From positions 10,925,175 to 10,989,174 of the forward strand of contig MU056000.1 of assembly GCA_013239625.1 (NCBI GenBank): DNA of 64,000 bases, written 5' to 3'. Shown here piece after piece: positions 34,894 through 48,647 of the stretch (positions are counted from its first letter, which is position 1; each line of letters begins with the position of its first letter). The translations under genes and the position numbers were made by a program. The notes below the pieces were generated by a model. The model was not told where the DNA came from, did not search any database, and worked only from the letters and a program-made list of their open reading frames with translations. Source of the stretch: Lama guanicoe. Lineage: Eukaryota.

Positions 34894-37800
34894 AGAAAGT
34901 ATAGAAGCAAAATTCTTGCCTCTCCTCCTTTGAAGATGCCTTAATATATATTTATGGTTTATTCAATATTTAGATATCTAGTTTTCATCTAACTGCATCT
35001 AACCTGTATATGAAAAATTTGTACCATTATAGTCAATTAACTATCCCAGTAACGTCCTACCCTAGGAAAGAATCCACAACAAGACGAAACAGCATACAAG
35101 AGAATTCCAACAGATGGTGCCATTGAATCTAAACTCTTCTTATTCCTTCTGTGTAAATCAAGGATTAGGCAAAGCCTGTATCAGCTTTATACACAAGAGG
35201 AGATATCTGAGAGTAACACGTGTTTCTGAGCATTTTAAACAATTTAAATTTAGTTCAAGAAATGGGACCTTTGAATGTAGAGAGTAAAATGATTTAAGTA
35301 AGATCTACAATCAAAAGTGGGGCCACTGTAGGGGAGTAGGGAGTTCCTCATCTGTAAGAGAGTAAATTTAACACAGTATAAACAAGTAAGAGTCAAATGT
35401 TTAGTTAGCATAGCATCACTACAATGGGTTAAGCTTTATTTATTATTTCAGTTGAAGTATGTAGGAGTTGATATTCTCCAGACATGCTAAATGCTGCAAA
35501 AGTTTTATTAATGATATAACTTATGTGAATTGACTTATAAAAAAAATCTCTCACTTGTATATGTGTTAAACATATTGCTGAGAAAATGTCAAATAAATAT
35601 AATCACACTTCATGTTTAGGAAACATTTCAACCTATGAGTAAGATTGCCCCATACAGACAGTTAATTTGAAATAGAAATGTTAAGACTGTCAAAGTTAAT
35701 ATAGCCTTTAAAGGAGGATTTTGCCTGTGGCATCTTTATAAGTGGTATAGACTAGTTAAAATGTCCTTTTTTTTTAATGAGAGAAAATGGCAATTTTCAC
35801 TTTTAGTTTCTACTCTAGGCATCAGACTCTTTGTGCGAAAGGAGGAGAAATTTTGCCATGAACCAAGATCTCCTAATGCCAAATTCTGTTGTGATTTAAA
35901 TTTCAACTGGTTAACAAATTCCATCAAATGTTCATATTGCTGTGACATGGGTCGGGTAGACCTATAGGTAATGAAAACACAAGCCAAGCACTTCTATTTA
36001 CAGAGCTGTGGAAACTCTCTCCACTACCTATAATGTCTAGGGCATAGAGTATTCCCACTTTATCCACACAGACACTATAAATATAAGTTAGAAATTTCTG
36101 TCACCAAAGAATTGATCACCTTCTGCAAGTTGCTCACATATTAAACTGATATTGGAAGAAGTTATTTTCCAGAATGCCCAATGCCATTCCTGCATTCAGA
36201 TAAATCATTAAAAGTAAATCATATTATCTTAGACTCCTCAATAAATGCTTGTACTGAGTGAAAATTAAATAATTATGTACTGCACCTACAAAAATTACAA
36301 ATTGAGAATCATGCATTTGATCAGTTTTTCTGCATGTTTTGCAAATCTGTAGTTTAAAGTTACAATCTGTTATGTCATTTGATGTCCCTTAAAAAGGGAC
36401 ATATAGTCTTTAATTTAGTTCCTAGGGAAATGTAGGTCTCTGCAAAGTGTTTGAATTTCTTTTCTTTGTCAGGCAATGAGTAACAAATAATTCCATGGGT
36501 TTTGCTGACTTATTTATTTGTTTTGCCATATATATCTGACAAATCAAGGACCCAAGAGTGATAAAACTCATCTCATTTAGCTGGAAAGATCAGCACATAC
36601 AGAATCAAAGAACCTTGGCTGAAGTCCTGATTTTGCTCCTGGTTGAAATTTTCACTGTTACTTATTCCTCTGAGCCTTGATTTATCTTCCCAGCAATCGA
36701 TCAACCCTCTGAATCCATGAGTCTTACAGCTGTGGATTCAAGCAACTGCTGGTCCATCAAGCTAGGACTTTATGGAAAATAAAACTTTATTTAAAGTACT
36801 TGAATTACAGGTTGTGGCAGTGTTGACCCAGCTTGTATGACCCTTTCTCACATTCCCACAGCAACACTCTGCAAAATAAAGAAAAAGGATCCTGTGAACA
36901 TCTTCCTAATTACCCACTCACTCTGAAATATCTGAATTACCTAAAAGAAGGGAAGAAAGCAAACTGAGCTCATACTTCTAGGCAACCCTGAATATTAAGG
37001 ATGAGGGAATATCATCCAAAGAGAATTGGAGGAATTCTCCTTTTGTCCAGGTGCAGACATGACCTGTGGAAATGTCCAGCAACACCACAAGGCTCTTCTG
37101 GGGGCAACCTCTCTTCACACTGCTTGCACCTAAGATGTTGTAGATCTTCCTCGTGGCTAAACAGAAGACTAAAACTCGTCCCTTCCTTCCATGTGGGAAG
37201 AGCTAATTTCTCATATGGCTTATTTCCATTGTCCAAGTTTTGCCCAGATGTATCCACTTACAGGAAGGTGTGTTAGAAGGGGCTGAGTGGGCACTGCAAA
37301 AGGCATGCAGGTACTGGGTACGGCCAGGCACAAGCAATAAGAAGATCTCAAGGGATTTCTTCCAAGGAAGTAACAGAAATAAAGGCTAACTTAAAATTAG
37401 CTATACATGGTAATATTTTATATGTTTTTCTGACAAAGAGGAGAATCTAATTGCTCTACCATAGAAAGTGCTTAAATGAGTTTTATGACATATAAATAAG
37501 CAGATACCATATATGTAACAGAAATAGTATTTGCAAAGAATTTTCCATGACATAAGTCTATTTATAATATTGTTTTAAAAAGCAAAATACAGAACTTCTC
37601 GTAAGAGAAGAAAGAAGAAAACGTCTAGTGAAAATGCTCTAAGATATTGCCAATGGCTATGCACTTCCTCTTCTCCCACTTTCTCTCTGTTCTTTGTAAC
37701 TTGGTTTCTGATCCCAATTTACTACACAAGTGTTTCCTTAAAGGACATTAATAACTTACTTTTCGGATATTAAGGGTGTCATTATCTGAGTTCTTACTCT

Positions 37801-38259
37801 TTTTGAGCTCTTCAAAAGTCTTTAACACTTGAGCCTTCAGCAACTTCTTCGAATATCTCAAAGTTGCTTTTTCCCTCTGTCAGTGTTTCCTTTCAGTCTC
37901 TTGTCCCTCTAATGCCTGTTTTTCTCTCTTCTCAGCAGGCTTCCCTACCTCTACTGAGAGGTGCTGTTCCTGCAGATTTTGCTCTTTGGCTCCTTTCTAT
38001 CTCAATGTGTAAAATTCCTCCTAGGATGTTATAGCTTGTTATTTCCAAACTTCTGACAGACAGCATTATCCGATGGTAAGTCTTACTATACTTGAACTTT
38101 AATATGCCCCTTTAGGGATTTAGTATTTTGTGATCAGGACTGAAGCAACAGTGGTCTTTATGGACTTGTCTTGTGGTAGCTTCTGGAAGGACATCCTCTT
38201 CATTTTCTGAGTTATTTTCTAGTCCTTGGTAAACATCAGTTTAGTGAGAATACTATGTC

Positions 38260-38785
38260 AGAATATACTTTTGTTCAAAACTATTTAATCTCCTTTTCAC
38301 ATTCACACACAAAGCATACTTATGTTTACCATTGAGGTTGAGCTTGGCCATATGAGTCTTACTCTGGTCTTATATAGAGTGTGTTTCTCTGAGCCGTGGC
38401 TTAGGGCTCAACCATGTGTCTTGCTTTTGGCCAAAACGAATTTAGCAGCTGTGACAGCAGCAGAGGCTTGACAGGTGCTCACATTTTGGGGCTTGTCACC
38501 TTACGTTTATGCCTTCAGTATGAAAACTTGACCCACTTTGCTACTGCCCAATTACAGACTACAGAAAAAACAAATGTGGAGCAGACCCGAGTCAGAGCTA
38601 CAGTGAGGAGTCAGGAAGGGTCAAGCACACGGATTGAAGCAAAGTCGCACTGCTGATCTCAGTCAGGTTCAGCTACCCTGCAGCCAACTCACAGACAGGC
38701 GAAAAAGAATAAATGGTTATTATTTTAAGCCATTGAGTTTTGGGATGGTTTGTCACACAGAATTTTGTCGATAGCTGACTGATGT
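38260..38785 (+). mobile_element. MaLR LTR (old MLT1)
   Basis: ttgagcttggccatatg...ccatgtgtcttgcttttggcc...aataaatggttattattttaagccattgagttttggg. Confidence 0.75.
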
Positions 38786-39399
38786 AAGTGGGCCCATGTT
38801 TGCAGCCAGACCCCTGAAGTAGCACATCTTTCTTGACTTTTCATGGTACTTTATAAGTTAGGAGTCTTTCCTTGGCAAAAGCCTTAGAGTAGAGAGGGCT
38901 TTAAGCAAGGCTTGATTCCAGTGCTCAGACCATGTCACCAGGTCCCAATTTCTCTTGCTCCATCCCAGCTTAAGCTTCATTCTCAGACTTTCTTTTATTT
39001 TTGCATGGCAAATGGTTATCTTCATTTATTAAAAATACAATACTTAGCACATACTGTGTGGTGGTCAATTCTAGCTTCCAAGTACAATCCCAATAAGAAA
39101 AATCTTCTGCTTCTCTTTTGGGAACCCTAACACACTTATTGTAAAACCAATCATTTTAGTGAGGGGAAGAAACTTTTTTGATTGATGCCGCCCACAGAAG
39201 CCACATGCCCACACCTGGAGCCAAGATTGGAGGCAGCGCCACTTGAAGTGCATCAGCTGGGAGCGTTGGTGTCCCCAAAGGGGAATCGAGGAGCTGTTTT
39301 CAAAGGAAAAGGTCACGAGTGCTTGATGTTGTGCTGAAGGCAAAAGACAACGGGTCTTCTCTACAGCAACTCATTAGCAAGTTTCCAGGCTTTCTCTCC

Positions 39400-39890
39400 T
39401 TTAAATTGTTCCCCCACACGCACTGTCTTCATAAAACACAAGCCTGGTAGCGTTGCACTCCTACCCAAAACTTGTATGAGTCATACTTGCCATTAGAACA
39501 TGGGCCACAATCTAAAGGATGAAGTTCAAAGCACTTTGTCATTTGTTTCCTAACTTCTTTCCCAGGCTTGTACCCCCAAACACGTATGCAAACCTTATTT
39601 CAATGGCACTAGTCATTCTTCCATGCCTCTAACACATGCTGAGACCCTCCTGGCCCCATTATCACAGTTGACATGCCAAGGGTATTTTAGGACCTCATCT
39701 GAATTCCCCTCAAATTGTGTTTCTACCATGGCTTGTATCAGTCGGCCTCATGACGAGTCAAACACATGTGTGTTCTCCAGATGGTTCATGAAATCTCTGG
39801 AGAATGTAGGTTAAAATTCATCTCAGTATCCCCCAGAGTATGTTACATAGGATTTTTCAAATAATCAATAAATACTTGCTGAAATGTTGA
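39400..39890 (+). mobile_element. L2 3' region
   Basis: aaaacacaagcctgg...cactcctac...cagtatccccagag...caataaatacttgctgaaat. Confidence 0.55.
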
Positions 39891-40879
39891 CTTGTGGAAT
39901 TATCTAGCCTCAGGCTCCAGAGCAGAAGTTAGGATCGGCATAGAACTCAGGATTTTCAGCATACAATCTCTTTAGGCCCCTACAGGTGAGCATATCCTGA
40001 CAAGGGGCTGCACAGGAAAGGTGATTTAAATGACATACCTAAAAGAAGATGTAATTTAGCCCAGATGTTGGGATAAAATAATCAGACAGCCAGAAGCTTC
40101 ACTCAAATAAGAAAAGGGACCAGAGCAGCTACAAAGGCCCAAATAAAGTGCTTTTAAAGCATACTGCCTAGCATTTGGGGAGTGTCCTAGGATTGCCAAA
40201 GGAAGATTTCTCCAGCGGTTTGGAGCTCAGTTGGTGGCTGAACCCTGAGTAAGGAATGCAGAAGGCTTCCCATGTTGTAAGGATGCCTTTTTTTACATAA
40301 AGTTCTAGCAGATCAGAGGATACCTCTGAGTGTATTGAGAAGGGAGAATGAACTTTATGAAATTTTAATATTAAGTTGTACCTAAAATGCTTGTCTTTCA
40401 TCTTAGGCCATTTTCACACACAATATGCACCAAACAGCCGAAACAATTAGCCTAGGGTGCTTAGAAAAAGAACATATGAGGTCACAAACACATATACAGG
40501 TGGGAAAATAACACTTTTTGAAGTAGTATAAAGAACATTGAACCTCGGGTTCTGGTATGTGTTCTGTAGCGCTCTATGAGTAACTAGTTCTGTGGCCCTG
40601 AAAGCATCTCTTAAATGCTCTGAGCCTTGCAACGTAATCTGAGAGACTATCTTTCTTTAAAGTCACTCCCAACTTTTTGAGTTATAAGTGTTGGTAAGAT
40701 ATATAAAATACCAGAAAAGGGGTAGATCCACGAATCTGATTACAGAGAGTAAACAGTAATCTTTAAGTATCTTGGGGTTTGAGGGCTCAGGACTTGCTGT
40801 TGTCTTGGAAAAGGGAACACAAAAGAATGTATGTAATCTGAACTTTGAGAAGTAAAATTCTTTCCTTGCTTTACTAACC

Positions 40880-42610
40880 TTCAGTGCACATGTCGAGAAG
40901 CTACTGCAATAGTCCTGGCAGGAGATGATTTTTTTTCAGACAAGAGTAACGGGGGTGAGAGAGGTGAGTAAATTTTGAGTATGTTTTAGAGATGGAGCTA
41001 TGTAAGTTATTGAAATTATGTGAGAAGTCTGGGAAAGAGAAGACTCAAGGATGCTTCCTAGATGTAAGACTGAAACAACTGGGTAGAAGGTGGGGCTATT
41101 TATTAACACAGGCAAAGATTAGGGCACAGAAAGATTTGAGTGGGAGTGAAAATAGTGGCTTTTTTTTTTTTGACAAGTTAAGGTTGAGATACCTTTTGTG
41201 AATTCAAGTAGAGAGACTGAGTAAACAACTGAATGTACAAATTTGGGGATTTTCTTAGAGAATAATGTGCTTCAAGGAGGGAGGGGCCAACAGTGTCCAA
41301 TGTTACAGGAATTTAAATATGATGAGGATCGGAAATTTAATGCAATTCCCATTTGATAATTGTGGTCATAAATTTGAAGTAATCCAGTAAATTTGATTTT
41401 GTCATTTTTTTCTCATTCATATTTAGCTATTCAGATACAGATGCCAAGTAAGAGGATAGTGGTTCTATATAAGTTTGGGTTCTGCTACATGAGAATATTA
41501 AAGAGAGAGTTAGAAAGGAGTTTTTGCAAGAGTGTGGTTATAATTTTAGAACATGCTGAACAAGGAGAGAGATGAAACCATATGAGTCCTGATGGGGTAA
41601 TAAAAAGTGAAATTTCTATCGATCAAAGTGCTTGATAATGTTGAATTTTTTGTGGTATATGAAGGTATAAGTCAGTGGTGTCCTTGATCAGATCTGGTTT
41701 AGTGAAAGGCTTGGAAAGAAAGCCTCACTGGAGTGAAAAATAAGTGGAGGAGAGAATGGAATCTGAAAAAATGAAGACAGGAAGCTTAGACAAGAATTGT
41801 AAAGATCTTTCTTGTTACTGACTCTGGAACAATGGGACACCAAGAAAAGGGAGGTGTGAGTCAAAGGAGTGTTTTAAAACGTTTACATGTTGATGGAAAT
41901 GGTACAGGGGAGAAGGTAAAATTGATGAGGAAGATGAGAGAGGATATGATCTTAGAGGTGGATGATATGAAAGGAAATTAAGTCCACTGCGCCAGCTGAT
42001 CAGACAAAAGCACAGACAATTTAAACATCTGTACAAGTTGGAAGCTAGCAAATGTGAGTAGAGAGACAGACATGATGGTAAATGTGGATTTGCAAAGATG
42101 ATGATTTCTTTTGGTTGCTTCCATTTTATCAGTGAAATAACAATCAGATGGGAGTAGGGGAAATGGTAGAGATTCAAGGGAAAAAGAAGGTATGAAATGA
42201 TCCCAGAACGTGTGAAAGAAAATTGACTAAAGAAATATATCAGGATTGTTTGACAGTTCCCATTTGACATTTGTGGCCATAAATTTGATTTTGTTATATT
42301 GCATCAATATTTACCTACCCAGATATAAGTGCCAAGGGAAGAGTAGGGTTAAATATGTTTGGGTTCTGAGTTTGTTAACTGGAAGAGAGGAAGGAAGGAC
42401 TCTTTACAACACTGTGATTGCAGTTGTAGAATATGCAGTAAGGAGAGGAGCAAAACCATAAAGTTTCTGATGGGTAATGAAAAAGGGATAGGGCTATGGA
42501 CTGAAGCACTAGATAGTGTACAATATTTTGATGATAGGAATGCCAGAATGAGTGAAGAGGAGGAGGAAATAAGACAGGGGCATATTTACAACAGAGCTTT
42601 CAGAAACTGA
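40880..42610 (-). mobile_element. Cluster of L2 fragments
   Basis: gaagctactgcaatagtcctggcaggagatga...aagactcaaggatgcttcctag...aagttaaggttgagatacct; purine-rich antisense L2. Confidence 0.6.
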
Positions 42611-42665
42611 ACAGTCTTAGAAATAAAAAGCTATAGGAGAGTTGTTTCCAAAAGTTCTGACCATA

Positions 42666-43092
42666 GTATTACAGGTTGAATTTGTCCCCTCAAAAGATAG
42701 GTTGAAATCCTAACTTTGGGCACCTTACAATGTGATATTATTTAGAAACAGGGTCATTGCAGATGTTTTTAATTAAGATGTGAGGTCATATTGGAGTAGG
42801 GTATGCCCTTAACCCAAAATGATTGATGTCTTTGTAATAAGAGGAGACATAGACACACAAGGCGAGAATGCCATGTGATGATGGAGGCACGTTCTGAAGT
42901 GTTGCAGCTGCGAGTCGAGGATCGCCAGCAAATCAGCAGAAGTTAGGAAGAAGCAAGACAGGTTTTCCCCTGCAAGTTTCAGAGGGACCATAGGACTGCC
43001 AATATCTTGATTTCCAAATTTCAGAATCCTGAACTGTGAGACAATAAATTTCTGTTTTTTTAAGCCATTTGGTTTGTGGTACTTTGTTACAA
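42666..43092 (+). mobile_element. MaLR solo LTR (MLT1B/C-like)
   Basis: aggttgaatttgtcccctcaaaagataggttgaaatcctaac...gaactgtgagacaataaatttctg...acagccctaggaaaccaacaca. Confidence 0.88.
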
Positions 43093-44029
43093 CAGCCCTA
43101 GGAAACCAACACATACACTTCCAAATGTTTAACATGAATCTCCTCTAAAAATATTTATGTGTTTATAAAGTACATATATTTATAATCATATTCATATGCA
43201 TATAATTTATAACACATAAACAAAACTAAAAACATCTGCTTTTATTATACTCCTGATGAAATTAATGTGATTTTCTGAAAATTTTATCTCAACACTTGTG
43301 ATAGAATAGTAATTCAAAGGACCTATTCTAATTTGACTTCATGATGTTACTTAGTTTTGAAGATTACTATATTTTAAATCATCCTTCATAAAAGTAAGAG
43401 ACAAAATTTATGACCAAAAATCTCATGTTGCCATTGTCAGAAAATCCTGCTATACTTTGCAATTATTTGCTGCTATTTCTCAGTCCATTTCCAATTTTGT
43501 CATTTGTTGTTACAGTTTAGCTAGTAGTCAACTTTCAAGATGGCCATCACTTATTGTCAGTGTAATAAAAATGTGTTACATCTTCAAGTGGTTTTAAGAC
43601 TTCCTAAAATTCTTGGGATGCTTTTTAAGTAGTTTAGAAGTTTTGTTTCCGTTTTTAATGTGCAAATATGAGCCTTTATCAGTGACACCTTTACATCATT
43701 TTTTGGCAACAGAAGCACAACACAAAGGACATTTTTCCAAATATCCACTTTCAAAATTACTTCTTTACCAGTCAAAGTAGCTGCTTATGGAGGTCAGATA
43801 AACAACAGAGTTTGTGTTTATGTCAGTCTCAGAGATTTCCCCAGGACTCCTGAATCCCCACTGATTTAGAGAGGCTAGTTTGAGACATCCATTCCTGCTG
43901 TTATTTTTGGTCTACAGAAAACAAAAGCCACACAGCTTTTCAAGGATACCAAGGCTTCCCACAGATATATTTCTCACAGTCTCATTAAAGAGAATACATC
44001 CTCAGGGGACATATATAGGAGACTGGTGA

Positions 44030-45325
44030 ACAGATCTTACACTATAAATCCACTGTAGTACTCCATGTCTTCAATATAAAGGTTACAATTAACAAATGGT
44101 CCAGTGGGTCCCTGAGTCCATTCTGTGGTTATTTCCCCAGTTCTAGAATGCCAAATTAGAATAGGCACAGTCAACAACTGACAGAAGCTCCATTTGGGTT
44201 TCTTGATCTCTGGAGGGATGACTGGTCTGGTAGGAAAGGCCAAGGGGAAGCATCTGGAACTGCCTCTACCTAATTAATTAATAAACCAAAAGAGGTAATA
44301 TATTTTTGGAAGCACTGAAGAGACTTGTGCCATCATCAAGGACTTGAAAGATTCAAGGTGGTGATTATTACCATAGCCCATTTTGACTTAATCTATTTGG
44401 GCTGTTCAGAAGTTAGCTGAATCTTGGAAGATGACAGTGGATTATCATAAACTAAAGCAGGATTTGACTTTAACAGCAGCTTTGTTCCTCTTCCAATTTT
44501 GCTCTAGATCGTGGTTTCTCAGTCTTGGCACTGTTGACACTTTGGACCAGATGACTCTGTGTTGGGAGAGCGTGGTCTACACATCATAGAATGTTTAGCA
44601 GCATCCCTAGCTTTTACCCACTAGATGCCATTATCACCCCCAACTTCAGCTGTGACAACCAAAAAGTGTTTTCAGATATGGCCAACAGCTTCTGGGTGTC
44701 AAATCTCCCCTCAGCTACTCCATCAATAACTATTGTTTTGGAGCAAATCAAACATCCCCTGGCACCTGCTATGCAGTTATTGATCTGGCAATTGTTCTTT
44801 TTTCTCTATACCTCTTAGTAAAACCATCAGAAGCAATTTTCTTTCACCTGACACAGACAGCAATACACTTACTGTATTCCCCAAGCTCCAACTACATCAA
44901 CGCTCTAGCTCTATGTCAGAATCTAATCCACAGAAAGCTAAATCAACTCTGTTCCACGAGACTTCATGATGACCCATTACATGGATGATACCATGCTGGT
45001 TGGACCTAGAGAGTAGGAAGTGAAAACTGCGCTTGGTAAAATACATGTTTGCCTGAGGGTGGGAAAAAGTTCCATAAAAATGCATGGCTCTGCATGGAAT
45101 TAGTGGAATTTCTAGGAATCTAGCAGTCTGAGGAACATCAATGCAACTATTCCAGAGTGAATGACAAGTTGTTGCAACTGTCCCTTTTGACACTAAGAGG
45201 GAGGCAAGGGGCCTAGGATCCTTGAGGTAACTAACATATGCTTAATTTGGGTGCATGTTCTGACCCATTTACTGAGGAAATCAAAAAGCTACAAATTTTG
45301 AGTGGGACCAAAATAAGAGAATACC
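44030..45325 (+). mobile_element. ERVL pol fragment (protease/RT), part 1
   Basis: gaatcttggaagatgacagtggattatcataaacta = SWKMTVDYHKL; cattacatggatgat = HYMDD at 44975-44989. Confidence 0.85.
44510..44720. mobile_element. MER20 inserted in ERVL RT
   Basis: gtggtttctcagtcttggcactgttgacactttggaccagat...gtttagcagcatcccta...acccactagatgcc...gtgacaaccaaaaag. Confidence 0.85.
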
Positions 45326-45329
45326 GTAT

Positions 45330-45800
45330 AATATGTCCAGCTCACCTGAAATCTTTTCTGTCATTTTATCTGTGGCACATAGGGATGTTACATGGAGCAT
45401 TCTCAAAAAGATGTTCCAGAAGAAAGGCTGTCAGTGTCATTGATAGCAAGGTATGCAGAAATGTGAGAAAACTGTCTCCCAACACTGTCAGGTAAAATAA
45501 AGGTCATGTCTCCCTCTAGGGTAAAGTTCAGGCAAGTTTGCTTGCAGCCCATGATAAAATACTTGGGTTCCCTAAACTCGGGGTTCCTCAGCTGTGACAC
45601 AAATTCAATACATGAGCAACATTCACTTAAGCTGCTTCATGATGCCCCAGTGGGACCTGGGGCCAAGGAAAATTGATGCAGACATGAAGCTCATGAAGAC
45701 CCAGGAAACTCAAGTCTTCTGCCAACGTTCATGAAACCACTGCAGACCAATTTCTTAGGTTACAAGCTCAGAATAATCTCAGACTTTTCATATTCCTGTA
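45330..45800 (+). mobile_element. ERVL-class LTR (LTR47-like)
   Basis: ggggttcctcagctgtgacac...gccccagtgggacctgggg...catgaagctcatg...tctcagacttttcatattcctg. Confidence 0.55.
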
Positions 45801-47460
45801 AGTTTTTGGAGATGAAGATGGGATGCTGACAGAGACATGTCTTTCTGGAAGAGAACCTAGCAGGCTTGATTAGGGAATCTGAGACGACTTCCTATGATCC
45901 AGTAGCAAACATTCTCAACTAAGCCACAGGAAAGGTGTAGAATAAGGGTCCTCCATTTGACTACCTGTTGACGAATGTTTAGAGGGTGAACACTAGAATT
46001 AAAATGAGTCTTGAATGGTGCCTGGGTTTTACTTGCTCTCACTTGGGGAGAGAAAGAACGGGCACTTATCATGGCAACTGGGCGACAAGTCCTGAGACTC
46101 CAGGCGAAAGGCAATGTGACTATGGCTGCTGAGTCAAGGAGTCTCCAGGGTAGAAATACTGGTGTTAGTAACAAGAATGAAGAGCTCTGGGTGGATTGAA
46201 AACACTAGAAGTTAATTTGGTTGAGCCATAGTGGCCTCCAGGTTGGACAAATGGGAAAGTAAACCTGCCTTCCTTACTGGCATGGAGCTCTCTCCATTTC
46301 TATGTCCCATTCCTGCCTCTCCATCCATGCAATGTTAAATGCTTTAAGAGAAAGATGATTAGAAGTGAGGCTAAGGACTCTTGATTTCCAAACTGTACTA
46401 AAGGCCACATGCAACCCTCTGAGTTTACAGGAAAACTCTGGGAAGGGAAAGGATGCTGTGGATGAGGCCTCTTGGGCTAATCCAATGTACTATTGCAGTT
46501 GCTTCTACACCTGAATGTGTCATAGCAATTGCTATGTTGATGCATCCCATAAGTACCATAAGAGGTCCTCTCAATCAAGAGAGTCACAAGTAGAGAGGTA
46601 CTAGTGGCACAAAATCCCCTGACTCTTGCCACCAGTGAAGAGTCGGGATTTACAGTGAATGCCTCTTAACCTCTGAGGTTGGTCGGCAAGTCAGAGTCCA
46701 GTTGAAATTACCCTGACTCTGGTAGTTATCACACTTCAACTATCGGCGGTGGTTGATAAACCTCAAAAAAATCCAGGGCCTTGCTTGCCAGGTCGTTTCT
46801 TGGAACTTGAAGGCAAAAGATTCACAATGCTCAGTCTCTATGGCAGGTAAGGAAATACGGCTCTCTCTTCAATCTCCACAGCAGCAAAAAGTCCTAGCAC
46901 CATATTGGATTCTTTAGGTACTGGGTAATATTGTCTCACTTGGGCATTCTGCTTAGTCCTTTGTATCTTTCAATCCCCAGATCAGCATGTTTTGAGTGGC
47001 AGCCAAACCAACAGACTGCAGAGGAAGTCATCTAGCAAGTTGTGGCATGCTTTTTACCTTTGGGTCCCCACAACCCTAATGATACCTTTAAACCACAGGT
47101 CTTTGTGACTAACAGTACCATCTAGTAAAGGGAAGCAGCCTCCATTTAGGGGTATTTCTCAGGATTTGAACTCCTTGCCTCCCTGACTTGGCTTCCATTT
47201 TGCAAAGTACTCATCAGCTTACCAATGGCCTCTGGTCAAAGCCAAATGGAGATCTTGTAACCTCTCCCCTACAAGCCTGATATTCCCATTTAAGGTTGGG
47301 TCATCTTGGACTTAATGACTAATCAGGTAAGAAGGGCCCAATAAGTCTCAATTTTCAAATGGAAATGTCATGTTCAAGAACATAGTTGGCCTGACCCAGG
47401 AGCATGCCTGCTTTACATGAAACAGTGGCAGGAAAACTTAGGTACAACTTCGGAACCCTC
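45801..47460 (+). mobile_element. Internal remnant of a second ERVL-class element
   Basis: Follows the LTR with gtttttggagatgaagatgggatg; pol-like remnants near 46730-47400 (e.g. aaatggaaatgtcatgttcaaga). Confidence 0.5.
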
Positions 47461-47599
47461 ACTGTTATTGAGAGACAGTAAACAAACATGCCCTCTGCTC
47501 TGGATGGAGACATCATCTCTATATTTCAAGGTTGTTTACTATGTAAACATCCTTTAAAATATAGTCTAGAACAAAGGCCATCAATGCCTCTTCTCACAA

Positions 47600-48465
47600 G
47601 AGATACAGAAATGTAAAAGATCGATAGAGAAGTGTCTCCCAACAGCAGTCTAGCACTGGCTGAATGTAGACGGTTGGAGCATTTTACTTGAGGGACACCG
47701 ATGATGAAAAATGCTCCTGGTGAGTGTAACCCTGATCACTATGTGTGGTTGTTCAGTTTGCCTGGAAGGAGAGGCCAGAGATTCAGATCTACATTGATTT
47801 ATGGGTAGTGGTTAATAGTTTGGTTAGATGGTCAGGGACTTAGAAGGAAGATGATTAGGAAAAGGGTGGTAGGGAGGTATGGGGAAGAGATATTTAGATA
47901 GACTTTTCTGAATAGGCACAGATTTTGAAGATACTTGTATCCCATGGGTGCTCAACAAAGAGCAGAGTAATATAATAACTGGGTGAGCAAAATGACTTCT
48001 TCTGCAGACATCAATCAACCCCTTTGCCAGGCCTCCTGTGTCTTTGCCCAGGATATGCAGTCCATCCAAGGCAGCAGGATCAAAGGTATGCATGGGATCA
48101 AAAAGATGTATTTCCAAAGCTGATCTTACTCTGGCCATTGCTGAGTGCACCACGTGTCAACAGTAAAGATGACACTAAGCCACTGGTGGCACCACTTCCC
48201 TAGGGCATCAGTCAGACACCTGGCAATGGCAGGACTGATTCCATCATGAAAAGGACAGGGCTTAGCTCTCACTGAAATAGACATTTATTCTGAATAGGGA
48301 TTTTTGTCTTCTCTATTTGTAATGCTTTTGCCAAACTACCATCTGTGGGCTCACAGAAGCCTTATTCATTATTATAATTTCTACACAGTGTTGACTATGA
48401 TCAAGGAACTCATTTTACAACAGATGAAAAGTAGCAATGAGCTCAGGGACATGGAATTCCTACCA
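47600..48465 (+). mobile_element. ERVL pol fragment (RNase H/integrase), part 2
   Basis: cagatctacattgatttatgggtagtggttaatagtttgg (IYTDSWAVANGL-like); ctcactgaaatagacatttattctg; gatcaaggaactcattttaca = DQGTHFT. Confidence 0.82.
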
Positions 48466-48647
48466 TGATGAGTACAGCTTCAGGTATTCATTGGTTATTC
48501 GCACATATTCTTTAGTAATCTTTTGCCCATTTTTAATAGGGTTGATCATGTTTTAATTATTGATTTATAGGACTTCTTGTGTGCATACTGGACCTTTATA
48601 AAACATGTGTTGTAAGTGTGTTTCCTAGTCTTAAAAAACATTTTTAT

